Shown piece after piece: positions 52,211 through 64,000 of a stretch of 64,000 bases of DNA. The stretch is from Octopus vulgaris (taxonomy: Eukaryota). The translations under genes and the position numbers were made by a program. The DNA lies in contig OX597818.1 of NCBI GenBank assembly GCA_951406725.2, positions 29,884,001 through 29,948,000 of the forward strand, given 5' to 3'. How positions within the stretch are numbered: position 1 is the first letter of the stretch; the number at the start of each line of letters is the position of its first letter. The notes under the pieces are model-generated. The model was not told the origin of the DNA. It did no database searches and saw only the letters and a program-made list of their open reading frames with translations.

Positions 52211-52368
52211 ACGGAGATGTACTTGCATAGCAAGTGACCTGATCTGAGATCATGTGCTGAAACAAGAACAATTGCAGCATGGAAGGTGTTTATAAGCCAT
52301 TTAAAAACACTGTGAATCTAACGGTTTTACTGTGTTTTTAAATAGCTTATAAACACTTTCCACGCTGC
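52211..52368. mobile_element. Shorter family D fold-back element lacking the ribozyme segment
   Basis: Same start as 44065 (gtacttgcat.gcaagtgacctgatctgagatc); perfect 13-bp TSD aagtatatttatt (52198-52210 and 52369-52381). Confidence 0.82.
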
Positions 52369-53112
52369 AAGTATATTTATTGTTTACTAGTTTACCCATC
52401 ATTAAAAGGAAATAAAATCAAAATTCAGTTTTCATTTTTTATATTTCTAAATTAGTCAACTGAAGAAATTAGTAAATGTGCTTTCATCAGGGAACAAATA
52501 TCACTAGTAGTAAGGCTTGAACATAATAAATATAAAGTTAGTAGCACGGAACTTTAACTGTTCAACTGTACAGTTCAAAATCAAATAGTATATCATATCT
52601 CTAAAAAAAGAGTTGTTTTGGCAAGATGAGTGTACATTTTCATAGATATTACAAGATATTGTTTCTATTACATATGACTTCATTGAAACTCGTCAAAAGT
52701 AACAAAATAGAATCAGAATTTTCGAAGATTTAAGGCTAGATTTCTTAAATGAAATTTATGTCTTTATGATGTTGATGATGATGTTTTATATTCAGCCCTA
52801 GATCAGCTTTAGCTTACTTTATCATGCATGTAGCTAGCTGGTTGAATGACTTGGAATGGTCCACAGATTTATTTATTTTAAATATACAGTGGTATTGCCC
52901 AGTAGCAGTCCATACTGTAACTTCTGACGTGCAGTAATTTATCATATAAGATGCAATGTGAAAATGCAAGCAGGTTGCTTTTTCTCTATTCTCCAGTCTG
53001 CTTTTATATGTTAGTTGTGGTGGCCACAAGAGAGGCAAGTAAAGTGAACTCGGTATATCATAGTTGTTCTTTGGCACTAATCATTGGAGCATACCAATAG
53101 TATTTGGAGTTT

Positions 53113-53347
53113 AAGGCGGTGAGCTGGCAGAAACGTTAGCACGCCGGGCGAAATGCTTAGAGGTATTTTGTCTGCCGTTACATTCTGAGTTCAAATTTCG
53201 CCGAGGTCAACTTTGCCTTTCATCCTTTCGGGGTCGATAAATTAAGTACCAGTTATGCACTAGGGTCGATATAATCGACTTAATCCCTTTGTCTGTCCTT
53301 GTTTGTCCCCTCTATGTTTAGCCCCTTGTGGGCAATAAAGAAATAAG
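53113..53347 (+). mobile_element. tRNA-derived SINE family A (young, full-length)
   Basis: Head GGCGGTGAGCTGGCAGAAACGTTAGC (A-box-like) and GAGTTCAAAT (B-box-like); a second copy at 53433-53640 is nested in a family B SINE. Confidence 0.88.
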
Positions 53348-53787
53348 TATTTGTAGTTAATGAAGTTATTGATGCAGCTATTTTTGTGTAGGCACAGGCA
53401 TGGCTGTGTTGTTAAGAAGTTTGTTTCTCAAAGACGGCGAACTGGCAGAAGCGTTAGCACGCCAGGCGAAATGCTTAGTAGTATTTCGTCTGTCTTTATG
53501 TTCTGAGTTCAAATTCCACCGAAGTCAACTTTGTCTTTCATCCTTTCGGGGTCAATAAATTAAGTACCAGTTACGTATTGGAGTCGGACTAATCGACTGG
53601 CCCCCTCCCCCTAAATTTCAGGCCTTGTGCCTAGAGTTAAAGAAAACAAGAAGTTTGTTTCCTAACCACATGGTATTGGGTTTGGTTCACTATGTAGCAC
53701 CTTGGACAAGTGTATAACCCCCATACAGACAAAAGTCTTGTGAGTGAATTTGGTAAAGGGAAACTGAAAGAAGCCTGTCATATTAAC

Positions 53788-53826
<39 letters not shown>

Positions 53827-53827
<1 letters not shown>

Positions 53828-54323
53828 ATTGAACCAGCCAGGATCCCTGGTCTGGTGGTACGTAAAAAGCACTATCCAACTCGTGGCCGTGGCACGTAAA
53901 ATACTCCAATGCGACCGTACGACAGGCACCCTTGCCAACCCCCTTTGCTTGTGAAGACATGTTGGGGCAAGCGAAATCGAAATCGAATTGAACCAGCCAG
54001 GATCCCTGGTCTGGTGGTACGTAAAAAGCACTATCCGACTCGTGGCCGATGCCAGCACCGCCTCGACTGGCTTCCGTGCCGGTGGCACATAAAATACACC
54101 AATCTGACCGTGGCCGTTGCCAGCCCCGCCTGGCACCTGTGCAGGTGGCACGTAAAAAGCACCCACTACACTCACGGAGTGGTTGGCGTTAGGAAGGGCA
54201 TCCAGCTGTAGAAACATTGCCAGATTAGACTGGAGCCTGGTGCAGCCTTCTGGCTTCCCAGAACCCCGGTCGAACCATCCAACCCATGCTAGCATGGAGA
54301 ACGAACGTTAAACGACGATGATG

Positions 54324-54325
<2 letters not shown>
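53827..54325 (+). mobile_element. RTE 3'UTR-derived element with an internal direct duplication of about 62 bp
   Basis: aattgaaccagccaggatccctggtctggtggtacgtaaaaagcactatcc occurs at 53827 and 53986; ends in cgttaaacgacgatgatgat. Confidence 0.8.
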
Positions 54326-54358
<33 letters not shown>

Positions 54359-55311
54359 TACATACACGCACACACATCCCACTCTCCTGTCCCTTCACTC
54401 ACTCTATCCAATCCCCTGTACCACTTATGTACACTTCCCTGTAATTTGAGGGCATGTTCTAACACATCTTCTTCACCATCTTCTCTCTCTCCCCTCTTCT
54501 CCTCTCTCCTTTTCCCACTGGAGTAGTCATGTATCTCCTCTACTGCTAGACAACTGTTTTTGTCCTTATTTCTTTACTGCCCACAAGGGGCTACACACAG
54601 AGGGGACAAACAAGGACAGAAAAGTGGATTAAGTCGATTATATCGACTCCAGTGCATTACTGGTACTTATTTAATTGGACCCGGAAAGGATGAAAGGCAG
54701 AGTCGACCTTGGCGGAATTTGAACTCAGAATGTAGTGGCAGACAAAATACCGCTAAGCATTTCACCCGGCATGCTAACGTTTCTGCCAACTCGCCGCCTG
54801 TTTCTGTCCTTCTATAATGCGCTAACCTCTCATCATCTGGCACAAAGCCACCTCCCTCTATACTACTCCCCACTTAGCTGAGGGGTTTTGTTCTGCAAGC
54901 TACTTCCTAGTATATTAATACCCTGCTTATCAATTTCAACATTCCTCTATTGATTTCTTATGCTAACTCTTTTTCGCTTTATATGATATTTAACATGACA
55001 AGAGTAATCAACCAACCAGCATATATATTGGCTATTAATATACATATGTAGTGTGTGTGTATGTGAGTGTATTAGTGAGAGAAAGAGAGAGAGAGACCAT
55101 TGCTTATGTTGTATCCCTTTATACCTAACTTAGCAGTTTGACAAATAGAATTGAAGTACTATAGTCAATGTGACTGACTAAACCCTTGAAAGTAGTGCCC
55201 CAGCATGGTCACAGACCACTGCCTGAAACCAGTAGAAGAATAAGAATCCTCAGAACTCTATGTCCATGAATTTATCATATATCTATTGGATATTTGTAAT
55301 TTATATTTTAG

Positions 55312-55417
55312 GCAGAACAATTAGAAATTGGTCAAGCAGAAGCTGAAAGCCAGAAGAAGGCATTCATGGAAAATGAAGCAAATCCTGTGAAGATGATAAA
55401 TAACTCAACTGAAGAAG
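55312..55417 (+). CDS. NOSIP: NOSIP coding exon 4
   Basis: AEQLEIGQAEAESQKKAFMENEANPVKMINNSTEE(A); tattttag acceptor, gtctgt donor; phases 0/1 fit the neighbouring exons. Confidence 0.88.
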
Positions 55418-56371
55418 GTCTGTTGAAAATTAGAGATTTTCACTTTGTTATGATTTTATTTGTGTATAGATGCAGGTGTGACTGTATGGTAAGAAGTTTA
55501 CTTTCCAACCACATGGATCTGGGTTCAGTCTCAATACATGTTATCTTGGGCAAGTGTCTCCTACTATAGCTCCAGGTTGACCAAAGCCTTGTGAGTGGAT
55601 TTTGTTGATGGAAACTGAAAGAATCCCATTGCATATGGATGTGTGTGTATGTGCCTCCTTGTCTTGACTTCACATGATGGTTGTAGATGAGTGTCAGTGT
55701 CATACAAGCAATATCATTCATTTCTGATATTCTGCAAAAACATGGCTGGCCTTGAGTAAATATTTTGCATAGAAACAAGTAAGGCTTGGCAACTGGAAGG
55801 ATTTTTGGACATAGAAAATCTACCTTAAATAAACTCCATCCAACCCATGCAAGCATGGAAAAGTGGAAGTTAAGTGGTGATGATGATGATGATGCAGCTA
55901 CACACTTGCATATTATTCTAGCTGGAAGTGAGAGAATTAATTTGTTCCTCTGAGTGAAATGTGTATATGATGAAACCAACGCCAATGAACGAGCCACTGA
56001 AGAAGCTTCTATATGGTTGTTCAATCTGCTATAAATAGCTGCCAAATTAACTCAAATTTCAAGCAAATGCCATGTGGTGTTTCTTTTGGTTTTCTGTACT
56101 TTGAGTTCAATTTTCACTGTCATCAACTTTGCTGTATACTTGTTTGGGATAGATGAAATAAAGAATCAGTTCAAAATGTTAGATTGGCAGAATAGAACAT
56201 TGGAAGGAATGCCTTGCTTAATACCACTACCTTGAGTATCTCACTCTGTTGTTAGGGTTAGGGTCAGATCTCCAGTTTGAGGATTATGTCTTCCCTTCAG
56301 TCCACCCTGCTTTGAGAAATGATAGATCATGCGCACAATATAAAAAACTTCACTTTACCTTCTTAAAATTG

Positions 56372-57400
56372 AAATTGAAAGAGAAGAGAAAGTGAAAAGG
56401 CGACATTTGCTTTGAAGTGAGAGCAGGAAATGAAAGTTGTATGTATGTGTATATGAAATGGATGTGTGTGTGTGTGAGAGAGAGAGAGAGTGAGTGAAGG
56501 TGTGTGCTGTCATGTATGTATTTTTTTGCTTGTATGTGTAAGTGGCACCCACACCCACTCTCTCTCACACACATACACACACATTATCTTTCATATACAC
56601 GTACATAAATACATATGCATACATCTTTTTTTTGTATATATGTGTGCATGTGCATGCGAGAAAGAAAGTGAGTGACTGTATTTTCTCATAACATATAGAG
56701 AAGTGGATGACTTTTAAGGTACACACTGATATGGAAAATGTGACATCGTAAATGAAAATAAAATTTGTTTGTTAGCCAAAAGATTACTGAATCTTTTGAT
56801 ACCTCATATGCCAAAATTGGTAACTCAGTTTTTGAATGTATTCGTTAATTTCCATAAAGATATTTTATTTCTTTATGCTTTGAAAAGAGCAGAAATTGAA
56901 AGAGAAGAGAAAGTGAAACTGCAACATTTGCTTTGAAGTGAGAGCAGAAAGTGAAAGATGTACAGACATGTGTGTGTGTGTTAGAGAAAAAGAAGGAGAG
57001 TGAGTGAATGAGTGAAGGTGTGTGCTGTCATGTATAAGTAGCACTTACTCAGTCTCTCTCTGTGTCTCTCTTACCTACACATATCTTTCATATACACATA
57101 CATAAATATGCATACATCTTTTTTGTATATATGTGTGCATGTGAGAGAGTGAATGACTGTATTTCATCATAACATAGAGAAATGGATGTCTTTTAAGGCA
57201 CACACTCATATAGAAAATGAGAGATTGTCATTGTTGTTGTGGTATAAAATGTTTATGATTGTTGACTTATAGAAAAAAGTTAGAATGTAAGATGTTTGTA
57301 ATGCAAATATGTAAATGAAAATAAGGTTCATTTGGTAGTTGTAAGATTACTGAATCTTTTGATACCTCTTACATCAAAATCAGCAACTCAGTTTTCAAAT
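56372..57400 (+). repeat. Diverged tandem duplication, unit of about 520 bp
   Basis: aaattgaaagagaagagaaagtgaaa..catttgctttgaagtgagagcag at 56372 and 56892; aagattactgaatcttttgatacctc in both copies. Confidence 0.85.
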
Positions 57401-57599
57401 GCATAAGGAAGATATGCACACACATGCATACAAACTCTCTTTTATAGATATGGAAGACATCCCTGTCTGTCTCTCATATTCCCTGTGTGGCTATCTCTTT
57501 CTGTCTCCTCCCCTTCCCTGATATCAGCCTCCCTTATTATGCCATGTTTCCCTGAACCTAACACTTTTGCACCCCTCTCGTTTTATCATGTAATAGCCC

Positions 57600-57775
57600 T
57601 ACCCCCATAGTCTGTCCATTATCGATTTTTATTGAAATCCAATTAGCCTATAATTGAACTGGATGTTAGTTCAGCTTATATACAAAGTTTGGTGAAGATT
57701 GGTTCCCTGGTTTGGGCACCAAGATGATAATAGACAGATGGACAGACAGACAGAAATTGCCATTTTTATATAGAT
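57600..57775 (+). mobile_element. Helitron/Helentron-like non-autonomous element end
   Basis: caaagtttggtgaagattggtt..acagacagacagaaattgccatttttatatagat resembles (GACA)n-containing ends of non-autonomous Helitrons; pattern resemblance only. Confidence 0.45.
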
Positions 57776-58019
57776 TTTGAAGAATAGGTCCAGTTGATTT
57801 AGACATAGTCTTAGGTATGAATATATTTCTCAGCCTGGTTTTGTATGTTTTTACTTAAATGGAATTTAATCTTTAGAACCAATAGAGCAGTACTTTAATA
57901 CAGGCCTGTTAAACCCATACCGTTCTTTGGGAAAAGAGACACTCAAATAATAATGATGATAATTTATTCATTGTTTTATTTATTTATTTATTTATGAATT
58001 ACTTTATTTTATTTGTCAG

Positions 58020-58138
58020 CAAGCACTAGTGGTAGCACAAGTATTAGTAACATGAAACAAGGAAAGGACAAAGCTTTGCCTAGTTTTTGGTTGCCGTGTC
58101 TGACTCCAAGTGCTAGTGCATCTGTCATGACAAAGCCT
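58020..58138 (+). CDS. NOSIP: NOSIP coding exon 5
   Basis: (A)STSGSTSISNMKQGKDKALPSFWLPCLTPSASASVMTKP (human has KDKVLPSFWIPSLTP); ttgtcag acceptor, gtaagt donor. Confidence 0.96.
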
Positions 58139-58552
58139 GTAAGTATTATCTTTTCTTTTTATTCAATCTAAGCAAATAAAATTTTCATCATTTTTCTTAG
58201 GCCCTGAAATGTAAGTTGGCATTAAAATAATTACTGCATTTGAGATATGTGGTGTATTGCTGTACTTGACAGAGGTCTGAGAAATGTGGCGCATTTCTGT
58301 ACTCAAGCAAACCCATACACCACAAACAGAATAATTTTTGGATTTTACTATTTCCAATTGTTTACTCACACATAATTTGCTTGCAGTGAGCATTTATGTT
58401 TGAAAACATATTTTTGAAAGACATATGATAATTTTTCAGCAATATGTTGTACAGATAATCATTATATTTCACTGAAAATATATACTGTATCAGATCTATG
58501 AATTATTTACTATTTTGATATAAGTAAACTTACCTGCTATTTGTCATTGTAG

Positions 58553-58669
58553 GATGAAAAGGTTCGTTGTCCAATGAGTGGAAAACCTATAAAGCTAAAA
58601 GATCTCATTGATATTACTTTCACACCAATAAATGATAGGGATACAAAGACTTCCCTTATAACAAAACAG
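58553..58669 (+). CDS. NOSIP: NOSIP coding exon 6
   Basis: DEKVRCPMSGKPIKLKDLIDITFTPINDRDTKTSLITKQ (human has VTCPMSGKPLRMSDL); ttgtag acceptor, gtaaat donor. Confidence 0.97.
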
Positions 58670-59061
58670 GTAAATTTTTCTTTCACATTTCTAATTTATA
58701 TACTTTCTGCTAACATTAATAATATAGGTTTTTATCACAAACTGGTTAGACAGGACAAATTTTTTAAATGACTAATTTAGTACTTTTAACATTATATATA
58801 TATATTCCGGTGGCACATAAAACGCATCATCTGAAAGTGGTTGATACCAGTGTCTCCTGACTGACTCCCCTGCCAGTGGCACATAAAAAGCTCCATCCTT
58901 GTTCACAATATTCTCTGATTTCTTTGGATGTTTTTGTAGCATGCAAAAAGAGAAAGAGGCTGCCAGCTCTAAGCAAAACTATCCATAATTTCTTAGAAGA
59001 AAGGAACATAATGAGTAATCTCCCGCAACTATATCTTGACAGTATAGCATTTCTGTATGTA

Positions 59062-59102
<41 letters not shown>

Positions 59103-59389
59103 AAAATCAACACCAGTACAGCATTGAACAACTAGTACTTTACTATCAGCCCTGGAAACATAAAAAAACAAAGCTGGCTTTGGTAAGAGTTGAAGTGAGA
59201 ATGCAAAGGGCCAAAAATAATTACCACAGAACATTGTCCTATATTGTAACAATTCTGTTGATTTACTGCCTTCAGTCATATAAAACTATGATACAATTAT
59301 TAACCAGGAGTGCAATTACAGTTAGCAAAATTATCACATTACTTTATTACAATGATGTATCATCATCGTCGTTGTCGTCGTCGTCGTCG

Positions 59390-60230
59390 TCATCATCATC
59401 ATCATCATCGTTTAACATCTGTTTTCCATGTTGACATGGGTTGGATGGTTTGATTGAGGTCTGGAGAACCAGTCTGATTTGGTATGGTTTCTATGGCTTG
59501 ATGCCCATCCTAATGTCAACCACTTATCAGTGTACTAGGTACTTTTATGTGACACTGCACGGGCACTTTTATGTAGTGCCTCATGGGTGCTTGTATGTGA
59601 CACTGCCATGAGCACTTTTTATGTGGCACCAGCCCAGGACTCTTGCAGTTCAATCCTCACCACTGGTGGGGACCAGTCTTAGCACTTCTGCTGCAGAGTA
59701 CAGGTCTTCTTGAGTACAGCAAGGTGCCAAGCATCTTGGTCCTTTGTCATCTTTCCTGAAAGGTTCAGCTTCCTGAGATCATTCTTCAGCACTTCATCCC
59801 CTGCCTTCCTGGGTCTCCCACTTCCACATGTTTCATCTACTTTGAGATTTTGGCACTTCTTTATGGTGCTGTCGGCATCCATCTGCACCGCATGCCCAAA
59901 CCAGTGCAGTCTTCTCTCTTGCACACAGAAACTAATTCCTTCTATGCCTAACCTCTCTCTCAAAGCACTAGCATTCTGTCAAACATGTACGCTTACATTA
60001 TACATCCAGAAGAGCATACTGGCCTCATTTCTTTCTAACTTTCACTTGTCCTCTGCATTCAGGACCCACATCTCACTACCATGTAATAGAAGCTTTTCGT
60101 AGCCAACAGAGGTAACAACTCTCTGAATTTCCTCCATCCTATTCTTATTCTAGCTATCACAATCTCCATGCATCCTCCCCCCACTACTTATTTGGTTCCC
60201 TCAGTAGCAGATAGTTATGCTATGTATGTA
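59390..60230 (-). mobile_element. RTE LINE 3' fragment
   Basis: RERLGIEGISFCVQERRLHWFGHAVQMD..GRPRKA, plus the tail repeat. Confidence 0.85.
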
Positions 60231-60459
60231 GCAGAAATGCCACCAGGGCATTTGAGAGAATCAATATCCTGAGTCTCTGTAGTTTTTATGGATCCTGTAC
60301 ATCTTCCACATATGAATACTACATTCCCTGATAATCTTCCTATTAATCCACTGTGCTCTCTTTAGATGAAACAAAAGAATCCACTCTGAAAGCAAAACAA
60401 ACACAAACCAAATCAAATGGAATCTCAGAGCTGTGAAATAGATAGAAAAGTAAATCACC

Positions 60460-61170
60460 TCATAGCAAATACTCTAGAGAGGCCAGTGATCCTAATGTTG
60501 ATACAAATATGAACCATCAGTAGTTGGCCACATCTGGACATAGGGCTTAATTATAGTTGCTCAGGAATAATGTCTTCCTGCAAGAAACTACCAAGGAAAC
60601 ATTCTTAAAAATAGAGCTGATCCTACCAGTTGTGTTTGTGGTGCGACCATAAAAACAATTGACCACCTCATCTCTGAATATATTAATTGCCATGAAGGGC
60701 TTAGTCTGTATTTGCACTGGATTATATGCTGTATGTCTGAACTTCCATATGAGAAGAACTGGTAAAGTAGTAGAAGATAAAGGTATCACCATTCTTTTGT
60801 ACTTTAGAATTCAAACTGATTAAGCTAATCTGGCCAATAATTCAAGATAATAAGATAAAAAAATCTAAAAAAAAAAATCACATTGATAAAACATGCTTGC
60901 TCATAGACATATCAATTCCAGCAGACTGCAACACTTCTGTAAAAAATATTTGAAATTTTAATTAAATACAAGGACCTTGAAATAAAGGTTTCAAAAATGT
61001 GACATCTAAGAACAACAACAGTCCCTGTGATCATCAGATCTTTGGGGATTATACCTAATAGCACTCTTAAACTCTACTGCCAAATACCAGGAAATCTAAA
61101 AGTATCAGAACTACAAAAAATTGTTCTCATGAGTACTGCCTACATCCTAAGAAAAATATTGTCCACCTCA
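60460..61170 (+). mobile_element. R4/Dong-like RLE non-LTR retrotransposon C-terminal fragment
   Basis: GLIIVAQExCLPARNYQGNILKNRADPTSCVCGATIKTIDHLIS (zinc knuckle), TCLLIDISIPAD, KYKDLEIKVSKMx..VPVII..LG and LQKIVLMSTAYILRKILS. Confidence 0.8.
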
Positions 61171-61344
61171 AAGTACTTGATTGTCTTAAAATGTTTTCAA
61201 AACTAAGATATTACAAACTTAACAGAATCTTAATTCTCAGATTCTGGTCTCCTTCCCACACAATATATCATTGCTGATCCTAAATGATACCCATAGCAAA
61301 ACTTCCAACTTGCTGTTACTTGAGATATCTGGATGAAAATTGGA

Positions 61345-63230
61345 ACATCATCATCATTATCATCATCATTTAATGTCTGCTTTCCATGCTGGTATGGGTT
61401 CTTATGGTTTGAGAGTAACTGGCTAGCAGGAGCACTACCCAAGTTCCATTTGTCTGTTTTGGCATGGTTTCTATGGCTGGATGCCCTTCCTAATGCCAAT
61501 CACTTCACAGAGTGTCCTGGGTGCTTTTTATGTGGTACTGATAGAGATACTTTTATGTGACACTGGAATGGGTGTTTCTACATGGCACTGACATGGGTGC
61601 TTTTATGGGGCACTGGCACATATGCTTTTAATATGACACCAGCATGAGTGCTTTTTATGTAGTACCAGCACCTGTAAACTCTCAAGAGAAGGACCCCTCA
61701 GCTGAGAGAGGGACTTAGGAAACACACCTCCATGTTTGGACAGCCAAAATTTTACTTAGCTAGATGTGTCTTAAGCACAGCAAACCACCAGAAGATTCAG
61801 TCCCTTGTCATCTCTGCTGTGAGGCGCAACATCTGAAGATCCTTTCTCACTACTTCATCCTGTGTCTCCCTGGGTTTACTCCTTCCACAAGGTCCTTCCA
61901 CAATTAGCTCATCTTTATGCAGCTGTCCTTATCCATATGCATCATCTGACCATACCAAGGAAGTCTTCTCTCACTGATGCCTCTTGTACCCAATATTTTC
62001 CTTAGATCATTTACATTCTGTCATACAGATACACTGATATTACCCATCCATTGGATGGGCTTCATTTCTTTCAAGCCTTCACATGTCCTCTGTAGTCATA
62101 CCCCATGTTTCACTGTGATGTAGCATTACTGTATGTACGAAGGCATCATACAATCTGCTTTTCACTCTTAGGGAGAGACTCTTAGTTACCAACAAAGGTG
62201 GTAGCTCTCTGAACTTTGCTCAACCTGTTCTAATTCTAGTAACTACACTTTCAGTACTTCGTCCTTCTCTGCTAACTTGGTCACCTAGGTGATAGAAGCT
62301 ATCCCACTAGACATTTGAAGAAATCTATTCTCTGTACATTCTTAGTGTTTATTGTACCTGCACATCTGCCACACACAAGCACTACATTTATCTTAACCTT
62401 CCTATGATATCGCTACAACTCTTATAAGTCCATAGCTTGCACTGAGTTCACTGTGTTTCTACTAACTAGAGTTTCCACTAACACTTTTCCTACATATCAA
62501 GCAGGGCTATCTCCCTGAAGTGTTTTGAGATTTGTCCATTTTACTACTTACTAGGACTTATGTCTTGACCAAATTAACTCTAAAGCCCTTATATTCCAGA
62601 CCTTGCTTCCACACCTGAAATTTCATCTCTATTTCATATAGTGATTCAGCTATAAGAACAAGGTCATCAGCATAGAGGAGCTTCCAAGGGCAGCCAGTCT
62701 TAAATTCCTCTGTTATGGCCTGGAAGTCTATGATAGACAAGTGGGGACTGAGAACCGATCCTTGGTGAACTTCTATTTGCACACTAAATTCATTGCTATA
62801 CTCATTGTCAACCTTCACCTTACTGACAACATCCTTGTACATGGCTAGTACCAGTATCACCAACCACCCTAGCTTCCATATTGCCTACCAGATAAAGGAG
62901 TGGAAGGTTCTGCCAAAGGCTTTCTCCAGATCTGCAAAAGACAAGTACAGAGGTTTATTCTTTGCTAAATGTTTCTCCTGCAGTTGCCCTACCAGGAATG
63001 TAGCATTAGAGAGAAAAGCACTCCTGAACTGTATCTCATCCAGGCTAACTCTCTTCCTAATTAGTTGAGCTATGACTTTCTCTTTAACTTTCATGGCCTG
63101 GTCCAACAATTTGATAAACTCTAATTATTTCTGTGTAAGGTGTCACCTTTACCTTAGTAACAGTTGACTATAACGCTGTTCCACCTGTTGTTGGTCACGA
63201 CTCCCTTGTAGACAACCTGACTAGGCCATA
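61345..63230 (-). mobile_element. RTE LINE 3' half (RT), decayed
   Basis: LYLSFADLEKAF, VHQGSVLSP and LLYADDLVLIAES; tail at 61345-61680. Confidence 0.9.
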
Positions 63231-63861
63231 TCCAGCTTGTATAAAACAAAGCAACAACCAACCTATGCTAGCATGGAAAGCAGACGTTAAACGATGATGA
63301 TAATGATGAATATATACATAAATAATAATAAACAGTGAAAGAGAGAGAAAAAGAAAATAACAATAACAATAATAGTAATAATTTGTATGTTCCTAACATT
63401 ACGTTTAAAACTATTATTAAGTAAAATTTACAGTTTGCTCTTTTATAAATCATATTTAATTCCCCCCCCATCATCATCATCATCAATAATGTTTCAGTTG
63501 TCTGTTTCTCATGCTGGCATGAGTTGGATGGATTGTCAAAGTACAAGTTAGCTTTTATTTGGAGTTATTTCCCTCCATGATGGGTTGGACTGTCTCACTC
63601 ATATATTCCAATTTTAGTTATGCTTCTATTAGCAGATACTCTTCATAATATTAGCCGCTTAAAGAAAAAAAAATGTACATTTTTATCTTGGTATCAGTAC
63701 TAGAGATGTTATGTATTCCACAAGCCTAAAGGCTCCAAGGGTATATCAAGAGAAATTCGATGTAACATGTAAGAGAGAATGCTAATTCATTTTATCAATT
63801 ATTTCCATTTATTGTTTTCCTTCCAACGGTTAACCCTTTTAAATTTTTGTTTGCCTTTAAG

Positions 63862-63932
63862 GCTAGATATGTATGTGCTGTTTCAAATGATGTTTTGGGT
63901 AACTCTGTACCCTGCGTTGCTTTGAAGACATC
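63862..63932 (+). CDS. NOSIP: NOSIP coding exon 7 (gene continues beyond the window)
   Basis: ARYVCAVSNDVLGNSVPCVALKT(S) (human has ERYVCAVTRDSLSNATPCAVLRPS); cctttaag acceptor, gtaagt donor. Confidence 0.96.
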
Positions 63933-64000
63933 GTAAGTGTGCTTTTTTTTACATTCTTTTTATAAAACCATAACTTCTTTAACTTCTTTATGACATTATT

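Noticed and set aside
55440-56045. 201-aa ORF on the - strand and similar ORFs (10539-10928, 28423-28854, 53783-54295, 58827-59279)
   Set aside because: Translations of SINEs and microsatellites with no coding signature.

Overview
Eukaryotic, AT-rich, extremely repeat-dense genomic DNA. The SINE/LINE and microsatellite repertoire suggests an octopod cephalopod; this is an inference, not a database match. The one clear host gene is NOSIP on the + strand: 7 coding exons from 42922 to 63932, all GT-AG and phase-consistent, running off the right edge, with a probable promoter and 5'UTR exon near 38.9 kb. A candidate first coding exon of an unidentified gene lies on the - strand at 13754-13790. 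Most of the rest is transposon-derived: a nearly intact CR1/L2-like LINE (about 31.7-34.6 kb), many RTE fragments, CRE- and R4/Dong-like RLE fragments, Tc1 (DD34E and DD37E), mariner, maT and Merlin remnants, hAT/piggyBac/Tc1 MITEs and tRNA-derived SINEs. The most unusual signal is four unrelated families of short non-coding elements carrying minimal hammerhead-ribozyme motifs of the Penelope-like type. Three of the four families are fold-backs with 12-14 bp target-site duplications, the core 3-8 pair varies (C-G, U-A, G-U), and one family is fused to a tRNA-like Pol III head. Most ORFs in the supplied track are spurious readings of repeats.
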